A stretch of DNA of 64,000 bases from the human T2T-CHM13v2.0 reference genome, Homo sapiens. This document shows, one piece after another, positions 19,757 through 38,425 of this stretch (position 1 is the stretch's first letter; every line of letters begins with the position of its first letter). Made by a program: the position numbers and the translations under genes. Location of the stretch: NCBI RefSeq assembly GCF_009914755.1, contig NC_060926.1. One strand, given 5' to 3'. The notes under the pieces were generated by a model that saw nothing but the letters and a program-made list of their open reading frames with translations, was not told where the DNA came from and ran no database searches.

Positions 19757-21604
19757 TTCACTGAGGATCTTCATTATCATATTTTGAATTATTTTTCCGA
19801 AATTTCATAAATTTATTTTCATTTGACTCTGTTGCTGGAGAATTACTGTGTTCCTTTGGAAGTGTCGTATTTCTTTGCTTTTTAATGTTTCTTATATCCT
19901 TACATTGATAGATTCTCATATGGTGTACCAGTCACTTCTTTAGTTTTTTTGAATTTGCTTCTGTAAGGAATTTTCTTGAAGTTGTATCTATGGTGTTCGT
20001 TGGGTGGGGTATTTTGGCTTTGTTTCTGGATGTGTACAGTAGTGTAGTCTCTATATGATTTTTTCAGCTGTAAACAGCATCAATGGTGTCTGTGATTTCC
20101 TCAGTGAGTTGGGGTGCAGTTGTTATTGGTGGCTGTGATGAAGTTTCCCTGTGGATGGAAATGTCAAGTGGGCCAGTCCTTAGGTCCTAGTAGTGCAGCA
20201 ATGGGCCAAGCATGCCTGTCTTGGGCCCCATGGTGGCATACACTTGCACTAGTCTTAGCAGGTTTAGGTAGGCCAATTTTGCACCTCTAGGCAGTTTGCT
20301 CACATGCCAGTAGTGGCAGAGATGGGCTGGACAGATGGGTGGGTCCTTAGATCCCTGGCAAGTGGGCATGAAATGACTAATGATGATAGCAATGGCAGGA
20401 TGACCCTCTGGCTCCCAAGAAGTCTCTGCACTGGTTTTGGCATTGGCTTTGATAGGGTGGACAGGGTAGTCCCTAGGCCTGTAGGTGGTGCATGCAGGCA
20501 GGTGCCAGGTGTGGTGGTAAGGGCTAGTTGTGTGGTCCTCAACTCAGGTACCCGGGAGAATTCTCATATGGCAACAGTTACGGATGGGGATTTGTAATCC
20601 CCAAGCGTTCAGATAGCAAGCTTGGCACTGGAAGTGGCACAGATGGGTCTGGTGGACCTGTCCTTAGGCCCTCTGGTGGTGTGTGCAGGTGCTGGCTGTG
20701 GTAAGCACAGATGGGGTTTTAGAACCCCAGCAGAATGCTTGGGTGGGAGTAGCAGGAGCTGCACTGCAGCCCTGCTACTGGAAAAGGCACAGCTGTTGCC
20801 AGTGGCAACAGCCACAGGCAGGCAGCTTGGGAGCATGTGCTTCGACTCTAGGTGGTGGCAGGTGGGATAACCTGTCCTTAAGGTGCCAATAAATGCACAG
20901 CGGTTCTGCTGCCAGAGGCAGTGGGGTCACCACCAGGGGCTTGTGCTTTAACCCTGGCGGTGGCAGCAGCTGCAGGTGAGGGTTCCTGAGGCATGTAAAA
21001 ATGCATGGTGGCTTCTCCACTGGTGGGGGCAGTGGGATTGCTGCCAATAGCTCTCACTTTGGCCCTGGCAGCAGCAGCCAGCCATGGCAGTGGCCGTGGA
21101 CAAAGAATGTCAAAATTTCTCCTGTGGAGACAAAGGAGCTGTTGTTTCCCAGGGCAGGATGTAGTCTGGTAGGGGCTGGGCTCTCAAAATGGCACTGTAG
21201 CTGCTTACCACTCGGGATGTTTGGCACCAGCATGAGCTCCTCCTTTGGATCAATGGCATTGCACTGCCACTAGGCAGCTCCCTATGTTCGTTTCAGGGCC
21301 TGCAAGGGTTGAGGTCTCTTGTGCTAGCATAGCAGGAGTCTGAGGTGGGAATGTGGACTGAGGTCTTTCCCTTATCCTTTCTCCACACTAGAGAGTCCTT
21401 CTAGCCTCCTAGCCAATCTTACTTGAGCTGGCTGCCTCACTTCCCCCTTCTTCCTTGGTTTAGGTGTTTCCTGTTCTTTCTCTGTTTAATTAGTGTGTTC
21501 TCTTTCAGATGATCTATTTGAAGCATGATTACTTGCTATTCTTGCTTTGTGGAGGAGGCCAGTACCAAATGCCTCTAAGCAGCCATTTTGATGCCCCTCC
21601 TGTA

Positions 21605-21930
21605 TGTTGACATTTTAGTGTCTGTAAGATCTGTAGTGGTATGTCCATTTTCAGTCCTGATATTGGTAAGTTATTCTTTCTCTCTTTCTCTTTACAGCTT
21701 TCTCCCTTCATTCATCTGCCATGCTGATAGTTTATCAATTTTATTAATCTTTTTTGAAGAATCAGTCTTAGTTTTTATGAGTTTTTCTAGATTTTTTCAT
21801 TAAGAAATTATTTCTGTTCTTTTTATTGTTTCATCTCTTTACATATTTCAGTTTAAATTGTTCTTTATTTTTTAGTTTCTTAATATTGAAGCTTACATCA
21901 TTGATTTATTTCCTCTTTTTCATAAAAGCA
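21605..21930 (-). mobile_element. Very old L1M ORF2 fragment
   Basis: gtctgtaagatctgtagtggtatgtccattttc resembles the L1 ORF2 'ITTDPTEI' region on the minus strand. Confidence 0.5.
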
Positions 21931-23409
21931 TCCCAAATAAACACGTCATCTTATTCCCTACTAAGCCAAACTGTTCTTACAGCTCTATAAGTCATCTTAC
22001 GAAGTTTCTCTATCATTTAGATTATAAATTTCAATCATCTTTGACTCACCTAAATACTTACATTTGATCTTGCAAATTGTGTTGTATTTTTCTCCAAAAA
22101 TATTCTTTAAAACCTCTGCAATACTCTAAGTCTTCACCTTTGAACTCCTTTAATACTCTCATATTTTTCATAAAATTAATTGCACCTTATTTTTTCACAT
22201 CCCAAAGCCTCCATTAACGTTAGTTTTACCCACCTTCCTGATTCACCTCCATTTGTTTTTCTCCTACTCCGTTTTTCTTGGCCTATGGTGAAACTGAGCT
22301 ATTTACCATCTCGCATATCCTTTGCTTTCAAGCAATGTGCCAGAGATACTTCTCACATTGATCCCCTGACCTTATACAAATTGTATCCATTTATATGTCA
22401 ATCTCATTTACTCTGGGAGAACTTTTTTGATTTCCTAATGTTATGGAATGACTCATTTCTTGAAATTGCTTAACAGTTTATTGCATTTCACTTAAGACAT
22501 TTACCTGATACTACTTGAATTATACCTATATTGGGGAATTATACCTATGACGGGAAAAATCTAATTTATCTATTTTTATACTACTTACCACATTAACTAC
22601 AGGAAAAAAATCATAAATATACTTTGAATTCAATTACCATTGCTGTAGTAAATGGATTATGTTTTTAGACTTGAGGATTACATTCTGTCCCTTAGTCTTC
22701 CACATAGTCCTCCATAAATTTCCAATTATTTAAAAGTTACTAAAACCAGAAGCAGTTTCCTAGCTACTCTTCTCTAGAGGGATGCTGGTTCAGTTGTCTA
22801 AGAGTGAGTAGAAATAATTAATCTTAAATAAATGAATTTTACTGACTATAACCAGTAGTTTTTTTTTTTCCTCACCCCTGTTTTCCTCTTCCTTCCCACG
22901 AGCATGCACCACCTCACCCAGACTCATAAAGGAGGAAACTGGCCATACTTTTCCAATGCTGACTCAAGTTCAACCCATCATGTCTTAGTGGTGGGGCAAG
23001 TCCAGAGATGTTTTAAAAGGATATGTGTCAGCACTTTATCTGGATAATTTGAAGCATATTGGCATATTTTTTTTTTTATCTTGCCATGGTATTTGGATCA
23101 GAGCAGCACATTCAACCTTTTGAGTTTACTAAAGATTATTTAAAACTGCCACATAATTACTTTCTAAAAGACAGTATATTGCCTTACAACCCTATGCCAG
23201 GTCAATGATATAGACAATGAATCATTAGTACACATTCCAGAAGAGTTCATATCTTCCTTGGAGGTTGCTTGTCTAACCTAGCCTAATTGTGTTTGATGTG
23301 CATTTCATGACAGGACAACAGAATGAGTAGGAATGTTTGCTCAGAAAGGTTCTCCTTTGTTGCCCTCCCTTCCCTCTTCCCCCTTGCACTGTTTCAGAAG
23401 TGAGCGTGC

Positions 23410-23411
<2 letters not shown>

Positions 23412-23440
<29 letters not shown>

Positions 23441-23551
23441 GTGTGTGTGTGTGTGTATATGAAAGAATCTTAAATAAATGAATTTTACTGATTATAACCA
23501 GTACATATATATATATATAAAACCAGTACATATATATGTGTGTACCAATAC

Positions 23552-23600
<49 letters not shown>

Positions 23601-24028
23601 GGTTATATATTTTATTTATATATATTTTATATATATTATATATATATTATATATATATTATATATATAATATATATTATATATATTATATATATAATATA
23701 TATATTATATATATTATATATATAATATATATATTATATATATTATATATATATTTTATATATGTATTATATATATTTTATATATATTATATATATTATA
23801 TATATATTTTATATATATTATATTTTATATATATAATATAACATATATAATATATAATTATATATTATATATTATATTATATATAATATATATTATATAT
23901 AATATAATATATAATTATATATATTATATATTTTATATATTTATATAAAAATTATATTATTTTATATATAAATATATATTATATGTAATATACATTTATA
24001 TATATAATATATAATATATATAACCAGT
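23412..24028. repeat. Compound microsatellite: (CT)n, (TG)n and a ~400-bp nearly pure AT tract
   Basis: Read directly from the sequence; it generates the spurious Y/I-rich ORFs at 23478-23841. Confidence 0.97.
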
Positions 24029-25241
24029 GCCCATACATATAAGAGAGAAAGAGAAGAGAGACAATACTCTCATGAGTACTGCTCTCTCTCTGTATATATA
24101 TAAAATATATATAATATGAGAGTGCTTCTCATAATATATTAAGATAAGTCTCTCATATTATGAAAAGAAAGGCAGTCTTGCAACACCTGTCATTGTAAAA
24201 TTTAATTTTTGGAAGCAGGCTGCAGGGGGAGGCTTATGAATAATGAGGAGAGAGAAAAAGGAAAATTTTGAGAAAAGAGTAATTTTCGTGGTATTGAAAG
24301 ATAATTCAAATGCAACAAATCAATAAAACAGATAAATCTGTAAGAAAAGGAACTGCTGGTGAGAATATATATTATATATGTTGTAGTTTTGTTAGTTAAA
24401 AAGGCTCACAGGGAAACTAACAGCAGAAAACTAGAGGTTTTTGAATCCCCCATGAACTCGAGGAAGCATCTGTTCCATGTGTTGCAAGGCTGAATGTTAA
24501 TAATGGTAGTATGCTACAGAGATTTTTTTACTTTGTGTTTTGTGGTCTCCGGCCTGTGAGTTTATTTAGGTATATCACTACTTCCCCAACCTCACCCCTC
24601 ACCTTCACTTAAAATATGTATATAGTGCTGAAATGGTCACTGGCACAAGTAATAACATTGCAATATTATTTGATAAAATATCTTACAAAGTCCCTGAGAA
24701 TAATCATTTGAACTCACTATGCTCTTGCTCTCTTCACTGACTTCCCCGCAAAATAAAGGCCCTATGCTTCCAACACATGTGAAATTGGGAGAATAATAAA
24801 ATGCGATCATTTGTTTTATTATTTACTATTATAAAGAGACCCTTTATAACAGACCCTTTATAATTCAGTGTGCTGTTAGGAAAAAAAAAAAAAAGCTCCT
24901 CTATTTTATTTCCATAGGTCGTGTGACCAAAAGGATGGAAGCTAATGATGCAGGTAATACAGTATGGATGATGATTTACCTCTGATTTTGTCCATTTGCT
25001 CTCTGGGAGCAATTGTTTGCTTGGCCTGAGGAAAGCAGCATAGATGCTATCCCAGAGCCTTGTCAGTTCATTCCTTTTAGCCTTTTGTGAGAGTAAATAG
25101 ACCTCTTCAGGATTTCATATGAGCAGGCTTGCTGTCACCCTCATCTCAGCTGAGAATTGCTACAGACAGGTATGCTGCAGGCCACTCCTTTTCAGTGAGA
25201 TAACTAGAATATGTGACCAGCACATTTAGGAAAAATGCCAG

Positions 25242-25540
25242 GGCCGGGCATGGTGGCTCACACCTGTAATCTCAGCACTTTGGGAGGCTGAGGCAGGCAG
25301 ATCACCTGAGGTTGGGAGTTCAAGAACAGCCTGGCCAACATGGTGAAACCCCGTCTCTACTAAAAGTACAAAAATTAGCTAGGCGTGGTGGCACATGCCT
25401 GTAATGCCAGTTACTCAGGACGCTGAGGCAGGAGAATCGCTTGAGACAGGGAAGCGGAGGTTGTGGTGAGCCAAGATCGCGCCACTACACTCCAGCCTGG
25501 GTGACAGAGCGAGACTCCATCTCAAACAAAAAAAAAAAGA
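25242..25540 (+). mobile_element. AluS (Sx/Sq-like), full length
   Basis: Full Alu; TSD AAAAATGCCAG at 25231-25241 and 25541-25551. Confidence 0.93.
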
Positions 25541-26070
25541 AAAAATGCCAGGCCCTAAGTATGACTGGCTGTCACTATGCAGGGAATGATGTTCTGCCAG
25601 AATATCTTTCGGTCTTCAGAAGGGTTCCTGAAAGGAATATCTTTGAGCATTCCATATCTGTGCCTTGGTTTTCAAATTAAAACTCTTGACAAGCAACTGT
25701 TGACCTGTTGCTTGTCTCAGCATATTTTTAACTTGGCTTTAGTGAACTGACTTACCTTCTAGTTAACCTATACCCAGTTCTGAATCTTGTTCTAACACTG
25801 GATCTCTGTTTCTAGAAGGTGTGAATGATATTATAGGGTATTCCTTGGCCTCTATATGAGAACACTGGCTGGTATTAGAGGTGAGAATAAAGCCTAGCTA
25901 AGATTTTCACTGGATAGAAGGTAACCTATCCACCACTTCTTTAGCTGTGCCCTCTTCCCAATTAGTTCAACTGCCCATCATGATGCCAATATTTCTATTT
26001 TCAAAATGTACATTCATTTTAATGTCAATACCTTGGGGTAATGAGGGCCAAATAAAAATCTATTATCAGG

Positions 26071-26416
26071 TGCTTCAGTCTGTTAGGGCTAATATAACAA
26101 AATACCATAGACTCACCGGCTTTAAAACAACAAACATTTACTTCTCAAAGTTTTGGAGGCTGGAAAGTCCAAGATAAAAGTACCAGCAAATTTGCTGTCT
26201 GCTGAGGACCCAGGTTCTGGTTTAGAGATGGTGCCTTCTTACTGTGTCCTGATATAGTGGAAAATGACAAGAAACCTCTCTGGGGGCCCTTTTATAATCT
26301 GGTTCATTAGGTCTCTGTAGTCACCTCCCAAAGGCTCTACCTCCTAATACTACCACATTGGTGATGAATTTTCAACATATAAATGTTGAGGGGACACAAG
26401 TATTCAGACCACAGCA
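26071..26416 (-). mobile_element. MLT1A-like MaLR solo LTR
   Basis: cagtctgttagggct...aaataccataga...ttttggaggctggaaagtccaagat...ggggacacaagtattcagaccacagca; 5-bp TSD TCAGG/TCAAG. Confidence 0.8.
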
Positions 26417-26964
26417 TCAAGTAACAGGTCATTAATGTTAAAGCATTATTTGATAGTCAGCTGAGAGAAATATTGAAACATACGTCACTGATAACAGCAT
26501 AAACAGGTTAGTTTGTGGAAGTTTGGAAGTGAGTAGAGGAAGCAGGTCTTCAATTATGTTGCTTTGTTTTGTTCCCTTTATTAGACAGGCAGTCCCTTCT
26601 TCCCTTTCATTTCACCACTGGCCAATTGCTCCCACAATCTCCATTTGTAAATGTTACTACGTTAATAGCCAAAGTAAAATAATTACATAATTAATAATAC
26701 ATTACTGATTTTATTCTGAGGTCAAATTTATTTGAACATACTCTAGTATCTTTTTTTTTATTATACTTTAAGTTTTAGGGTACATGTGCACAACGTGCAG
26801 GTTTGTTACATATGTATACATGTGCCATGTTGGTGTGCTGCACCCATTAACTCCTCCTTTAACATTACGTATATCTCCTAATGCTATCCCTCCCCGCTCC
26901 TCCCACCCCACAACAGGCCCCGGTGTGTGATGTTCGCCTTCCTGTGTCCATGTGTTCTCATTGT

Positions 26965-32464
<5,500 letters not shown>

Positions 32465-32527
32465 TATGTTGTTAGCTGGTTATTTTGCTCGTTAGTTGAT
32501 GCAGTTTCTTCCTAGCCTTGATGGTCT

Positions 32528-33540
32528 TTACAATTTCGCATGTTTTTGCAGTGGCTGGTACCAGTTGTTCCTTTCCATATTTAGTGCTTCCTTCAGGAGC
32601 TCTTTTAGGGCAGGCATGGTGGTGAGAAAATCTCTCAGCATTTGCTTTTCTGTAAAGTATTTTATTTCTTCTTCACTTATGAAGCTTAGTTTGGCTGGAT
32701 ATGAAATTCTGGGTTGAAAATTCTTTTCTTTAAGAATGTTGAATATTGGCCCCCACTCTCTTCTGGCTTGTAGAGTTTCTGCCGAGAGATCAGCTTTTAG
32801 TCTGATGGGCTTCCCTTTGTGGGTAACCCGACCTTTCTCTCTGGCTGCCCTTAACATTTTTTCCTTCATTTCAACTTTGGTGAATCTGACAGTTATGTGT
32901 CTTGGAGTTGCTCTTTTCGAGGAGTATCTTTGTGGCGTTCTCTGTATTTCCTGAATTTTAATGTTGGCCTGCCTTGCTAGATTGGGGAAGTTCTCCTGGG
33001 TAATATTCTGCAGAGTGTTTTCCAACTTGGTTCCATTCTCCCCATCACTTTCAGTTACACCAATCCGACACAGATTTGGTCTTTTCACATAGTCCCATAT
33101 TTCTTGGAGGCTTTGTTCATTTCTGTTTATTCTTATTTCTTTAAACTTCTCTTCTCACTTCATTTCATTCATTTGATCTTCCATCACTGACACCCTTTCT
33201 TCCAGTTGATCACATTGATTACTGAGGCTTGTGCATTTCTCACGTAGTTCTCATGCTGTGGTTTTCAGCTCCATCACGCCCTTTAAGGACTTCTCTGCAT
33301 TGGTTATTCTAGTTAGTCATTCATCTAATTTTTTTTCAAGGTTTTTAACTTCTTTGCCATGGGTTCGAACTTCCTCCTTTAGCTCGGAGTAGTTTGACTG
33401 TCTGAAGCCTTCTCTCAACTCATCAAAGTCATTCTCCATCCAGCTTTGTTCCATTGCTGGTGAGGAGCTGCATTCCTTTGGAGGAGGAGAGGCACTCTGA
33501 TTTTTAGAGTTTCCAGTTTTTCTCCTCTGTTTTTCCCCAT
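32528..33540 (-). pseudogene. Disrupted L1 ORF1 (RNA-binding chaperone)
   Basis: ATGGGGAAAAA start with one A missing; C-terminal 186-aa fragment (REKG, ARREW, YPAKLS motifs) at 32528-33088. Confidence 0.9.
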
Positions 33541-34565
33541 CTTTGTGGTTTTATCTACCTTTGGTCTTTGATGATGGTGATGTACAGATGGGGTTTTGGT
33601 GTGGTTGTCCTTTCTGTTAGTTAGTTTTCCTTCTAACAGTCAGGACCCTCAGCTGCAGGTCTGTTGGAGTTTGCTGGAGGTCCACTCCAGACCCTGTTTG
33701 CCTAGGTATCAGCAGTGGAGGCTGCAGAACAGCGGATATTGGTGAACGGCAATTGTTGCTGCCTGATCGTTCTCTGGAAGTTTTGTCTCAGAGGAGTACC
33801 CGGCCGTGTGAGGTGTCAGTCTGCCCCTACTGGGGGGGTGCCTCCCATTTAGGCTACTCTGGGGCCAGGGACCCTCTTGAGGAGGCAGTCTGTCCATTCT
33901 CAGATCCCCAGCTGCATGTTGGGAGAACCACTACTCTCTTCAAAGCTGTCAGACAGGGACATTTAAGTCTGCAGAGGTTTCTGCTGCCTTTTGTTTGGCT
34001 ATGCCCTGCCCCCAGAGGTGGAGTCTACAGAGGCAGGCAGGCCTCCTTGAGCTGCGGTGGGCTCCACCCAGTTCGAACTTCCCGGCCACTTTGTTTACCT
34101 ACTCAAGGCTCAGTAATGGTGGGCGCCCCTCCCCCAGCCTTGCTGCCACTTTGCAGTTTGATCTCAGACTGCTGTGCTAGCAATCAGTGAGGCTCAGTGG
34201 GTGTAGGACCCTCTGAGCCATGTGCGGGATATAATCTCCTGGTGTGCAGTTTGCTAAGACCGTTGGAAAAGTGCAGTGTTAGGGTGGGAGTGACCTGATT
34301 TTTCAGGTACCGTCTCTCAGCCCTTTCTTTGACTAGGAAAGGGCATTCCCTGACCCCTTGCGCTTCCTGGGTGAGGTGATGCCTTGCCCTGCTTCAGCTC
34401 ACTCTCAGTGTGCTGCACCCACTGTCCTGCACCCACTGTCCGACACTCCCCAGTGAGATGAACCCAGGCCTCAGTTGGAAATGCAGAAATCACCCATCTT
34501 CTGTGTCACTCACACTGGGAGCTGTAGACTGGAGGTGTTCCTGTTTGGCCGTCTTGGCTCCACCC
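33541..34565 (-). promoter_or_regulatory. L1 5'UTR internal sense promoter, with an antisense promoter facing the + strand
   Basis: Complete L1PA 5'UTR; YY1 site reads CAAGACGGCC instead of CAAGATGGCC (G at 34551); retains the ~129-bp segment (~33668-33796) absent from L1PA2/L1HS. Confidence 0.75.
34116..34190 (+). pseudogene. L1 ORF0 remnant, truncated at 24 aa
   Basis: MVGAPPPALLPLCSLISDCCASNQ* matches the ORF0 N-terminus (MAGAPPPASLPPCSLISDCCASNQR...); CGA>TGA stop. Confidence 0.8.
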
Positions 34566-35189
34566 CTCTAGTATCTTAATAAAGTCTGTCCATAAACTCC
34601 AGTGAAAATGGACATTTCCATGCAACATTTGATTTTACAATTCTTTGTTTTCACATTGAGATTGCCTTCCCATTTTCCCATTTAGTCTATTTTTTGTTTG
34701 TCATCCCTTGCCTTTTGTTGAATTCTTATGCACCCTGTTTTGTGGGTATTGTCAGTTCCTCTGGCTTAGATTGTGTCAGTTTACTAATAATGACAATCTC
34801 TAGTTTGGAATAAGACTAGAAATGCTGTTAGACATGAAATAAAAGGCACTGTGGAAATTATGTTATCTCTCTCCTTGGAAAGCTTTCAACATACAGGACA
34901 GATGTGGGCTGGTTGACACAGCGTCATATTTATCAGAATAGATTCATGTTTTTGTGAGTGCTGAGCCTGCACTTGTTTTCATAATTTTCTGTTTGGTGGT
35001 TTAGTATGTATTTTATTGATATTTTTACATGCAGTCATTTTTATAATTATACTTCTCAGGGCATATTAAATTCAACAAACTTTTATTGCTTTCTTACTTC
35101 TTGTCAGGCACTGTGGAAGGTACTGTGGTTTCATGGGAACAACAAAGGTCTACTTTTTGCCTCCATCAAGTGTATGGTCTATAAATAAT

Positions 35190-35385
35190 TCATACTAATA
35201 ACATTTACGTGGTATTTCATAGTTAACCAAACACATTTATTTTTATCTTCTCATTGATCCTCATTGCACTCTGAGAGTAACAAGAGTGGGTATTAACATT
35301 CCCATTTCACAGAGGAGGAGAATGGCTTAGAGAGGTAAAGTCAGCTTCTGAAGGTCATGGCTAGTAAGAAACAGACTTAGGGCAC
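35190..35385. mobile_element. MIR SINE
   Basis: ctaataacatttac...tcattgatcctca...cccatttcacagaggaggagaatggcttagagaggtaaag...aaggtcatggctagtaag. Confidence 0.65.
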
Positions 35386-36019
35386 TGAGTAGAATAAACT
35401 GTATTTTAAAAATTGTCCTACAAAAGATAATAGCCCTTAAATTCCAATAACAGCAATGTGGCCAAAGACATTTGCTTTATCATACCTCCAAATAAGTATT
35501 ATTAACTTTTTGATTAAAGTAGTTTCCATCATCCACATTAAAAAAAATAGATACAGTGAAAAGAATTGCTGTAAAGGCAAGCCATTTGACACTCTCCATA
35601 AAATATTGGTTCTCAGTCGCATAGTTAAATCTTAGAAGCACTAATTTGTATGTCAGACTAATAACATAGTCCAACAGAAGATCAATTTAAATGGACATTT
35701 ATTTGTTGATTTTTATTTTTAAAGAGACACCAGTAGGATAAAAACCATTTTATAAAAGAAACAGTAATCTTTTTCTTTGCTCCTTCTGGTTCCTGCTGCA
35801 ATTCTGTCTGGCTCTCTCACGCTTAACACAAAGGCAGATGAAAGTCAGAATACCTCTTTATCATTGGTTGCAAGTATTGCCTTTCTTCTTCCTTTTAAAA
35901 AATACACATGATTATTTTAATTAAGAAATTTATTCACATGTAGTTCATGAGACTTTTACATAACGTCATCACTGCAGGTGATCAGCAAACATATGAAAAA
36001 TATCCAGTACTTTAAAGGA

Positions 36020-37010
36020 GAAAGAGGTGCTAAAGCTTTTCAAATTATTTTTCTTACCTCTGTGCAGCATTTGACATTCTTAACCACTTTTCTCTTGAAG
36101 TTCTCTCGTCCCTTAAATTCTACAACTCTGCATTGCATAATTCTCTTCTTAGCTTCAATTCTCTGATTTTTTCACTTTGCTCATGCTTTCAAAGGTAGTA
36201 ATACCTTGAACTTGTATTCTTAGGCCTTTTCTGATGGATTTCATCTTCTGATATTATATCTACCTTCACGATTTCATCAGTCACTTAATATGAATAACTC
36301 CTTAAATTACATATTTAGTTTTGAATTATCTGTTAAACCCAGTTCACCAAAATATCTGCTGGATAGTATCATCTCACATACTATTACTGGTAATTTGGTA
36401 TTTTAAAACTGACATTTTACCCTCAAATTTTTTTCACTAAGTGGATGTTTGTCTCCCTTTCTTTCTGTTGGCTATCCTCTTAATCCTCCGGTCTGAAAAC
36501 TCAGATTTCAACCTACATTTATCCTCCTCCCTGTGCCCCCTTATTTTTAAAGCTATAATATTAATTTCTAAGTCCTGCCAATTTCATTTGTAAATCATAA
36601 TTCTTTTTGTTTGTTTTATTTACATTGCCACCACCAGATGCTGTGTTATAAGTGTTAGATATATTTTCTAAAACATGCTTACTATCAGTCTGACCATGAG
36701 CAAAAGTGTCAGTATCCCTTAATAAGTCAAAAGTCTGATGGGCAAATCTGACTGTAATCTCTCTATGTAACCTTTCCTCACTTATTCAGCTGATACCCCA
36801 GTTTAAGTTTTATATTTTGTTCTGGGTGGACATTTTGTCCCATCTTGGTTCTATGGTTCTACCCATGCCATTTCCTCAAGAAAGGACTCCTCCTCTCCTT
36901 CCAATCAAATGATAGGAACTACATGAATCTTTAACAGCTCATTTTATTTCCTATATTCTGTGTAAGTCACCACTGATTATTCAGAATCTTTCTTGCTTCT
37001 ATTTTTCTAT
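36020..37010 (+). mobile_element. L2 LINE fragment, highly degraded
   Basis: Pyrimidine-rich L2-like phrases (gcagcatttgaca, atatctgctggat, ctaagtcctgccaatt). Confidence 0.4.
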
Positions 37011-37818
37011 AGTAAATCATTTGTCATTCTGCATATAAAAACTTAAAAATTTAATTGTCTTTTATATATAAGTGTTTCCAATTTTCTCAACTGATTTACA
37101 AGCTGCTTATTATCAGGGATTATATCCTATCTCTTCTTGCAGCTGCTACAATAACTACTTTAAATGACTTTAGGCAGTCAATAATTGATTGGTTACATAT
37201 AAAGAAAACAAATTCTTATACAAATTATTTTATATAAATAAGTTTATGCATGCTTTTAAAGATAATTATGAAGAATATGCATTGTAATAATTGCTCATGA
37301 ATGGGTTGCAACTGTTTCACGCACTCAATAAACTAAGATCAAAAACCCGTTAATCAGCTTCAATTAGTTTGGCAGTCAATAAAGCCCAAAACAGATGACA
37401 AACAAATACACTGTTCCAGTGTCTGACACTCTAATCCCAGGCCCAGCTTTCTCCAGGCTGCATCCATTCACTGCTCTTTCTTCTAAATGGGACAATCATC
37501 AAGGGAAGATAAACTAACTTACTTGGGGACATAAAATAACAAAAATAAAAGCCCACCTTATGTAAGAGTTGAGCAGCAGTGGCCTGATGGTGGCAGCAAT
37601 TTTATATATACATAAAACTGAGCCCAGTATATTTTAATCAGATTGGCTTAATGGCCATCAGCAAGCTTCCATAGTGTGTGTTCATGACTGCCTCTTTCTC
37701 CCCTTTGTTTGTAAATTCTGGAGACCAGGAGATTTTGAATGCTCTGTGCTTAGCAATTTTGTGTCCATAGCTTGGGTGCAAAATGTATTCATACATCTTT
37801 TTTTCCTTAGTGCACAGT

Positions 37819-38425
<607 letters not shown>

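Noticed and set aside
23478-23841. Tyr/Ile/Val/Cys-rich ORFs
   Set aside because: Translations of (TA)n/(TG)n microsatellite.
22820-24030. CRISPR-like repeat-spacer array
   Set aside because: Only two long copies, irregular spacing, microsatellite spacers, human context.
22517-24863. Small local duplications (gaattatacctat x2 at 22517/22536; agaccctttataa x2 near 24837-24863)
   Set aside because: Ordinary micro-duplications with no further structure.
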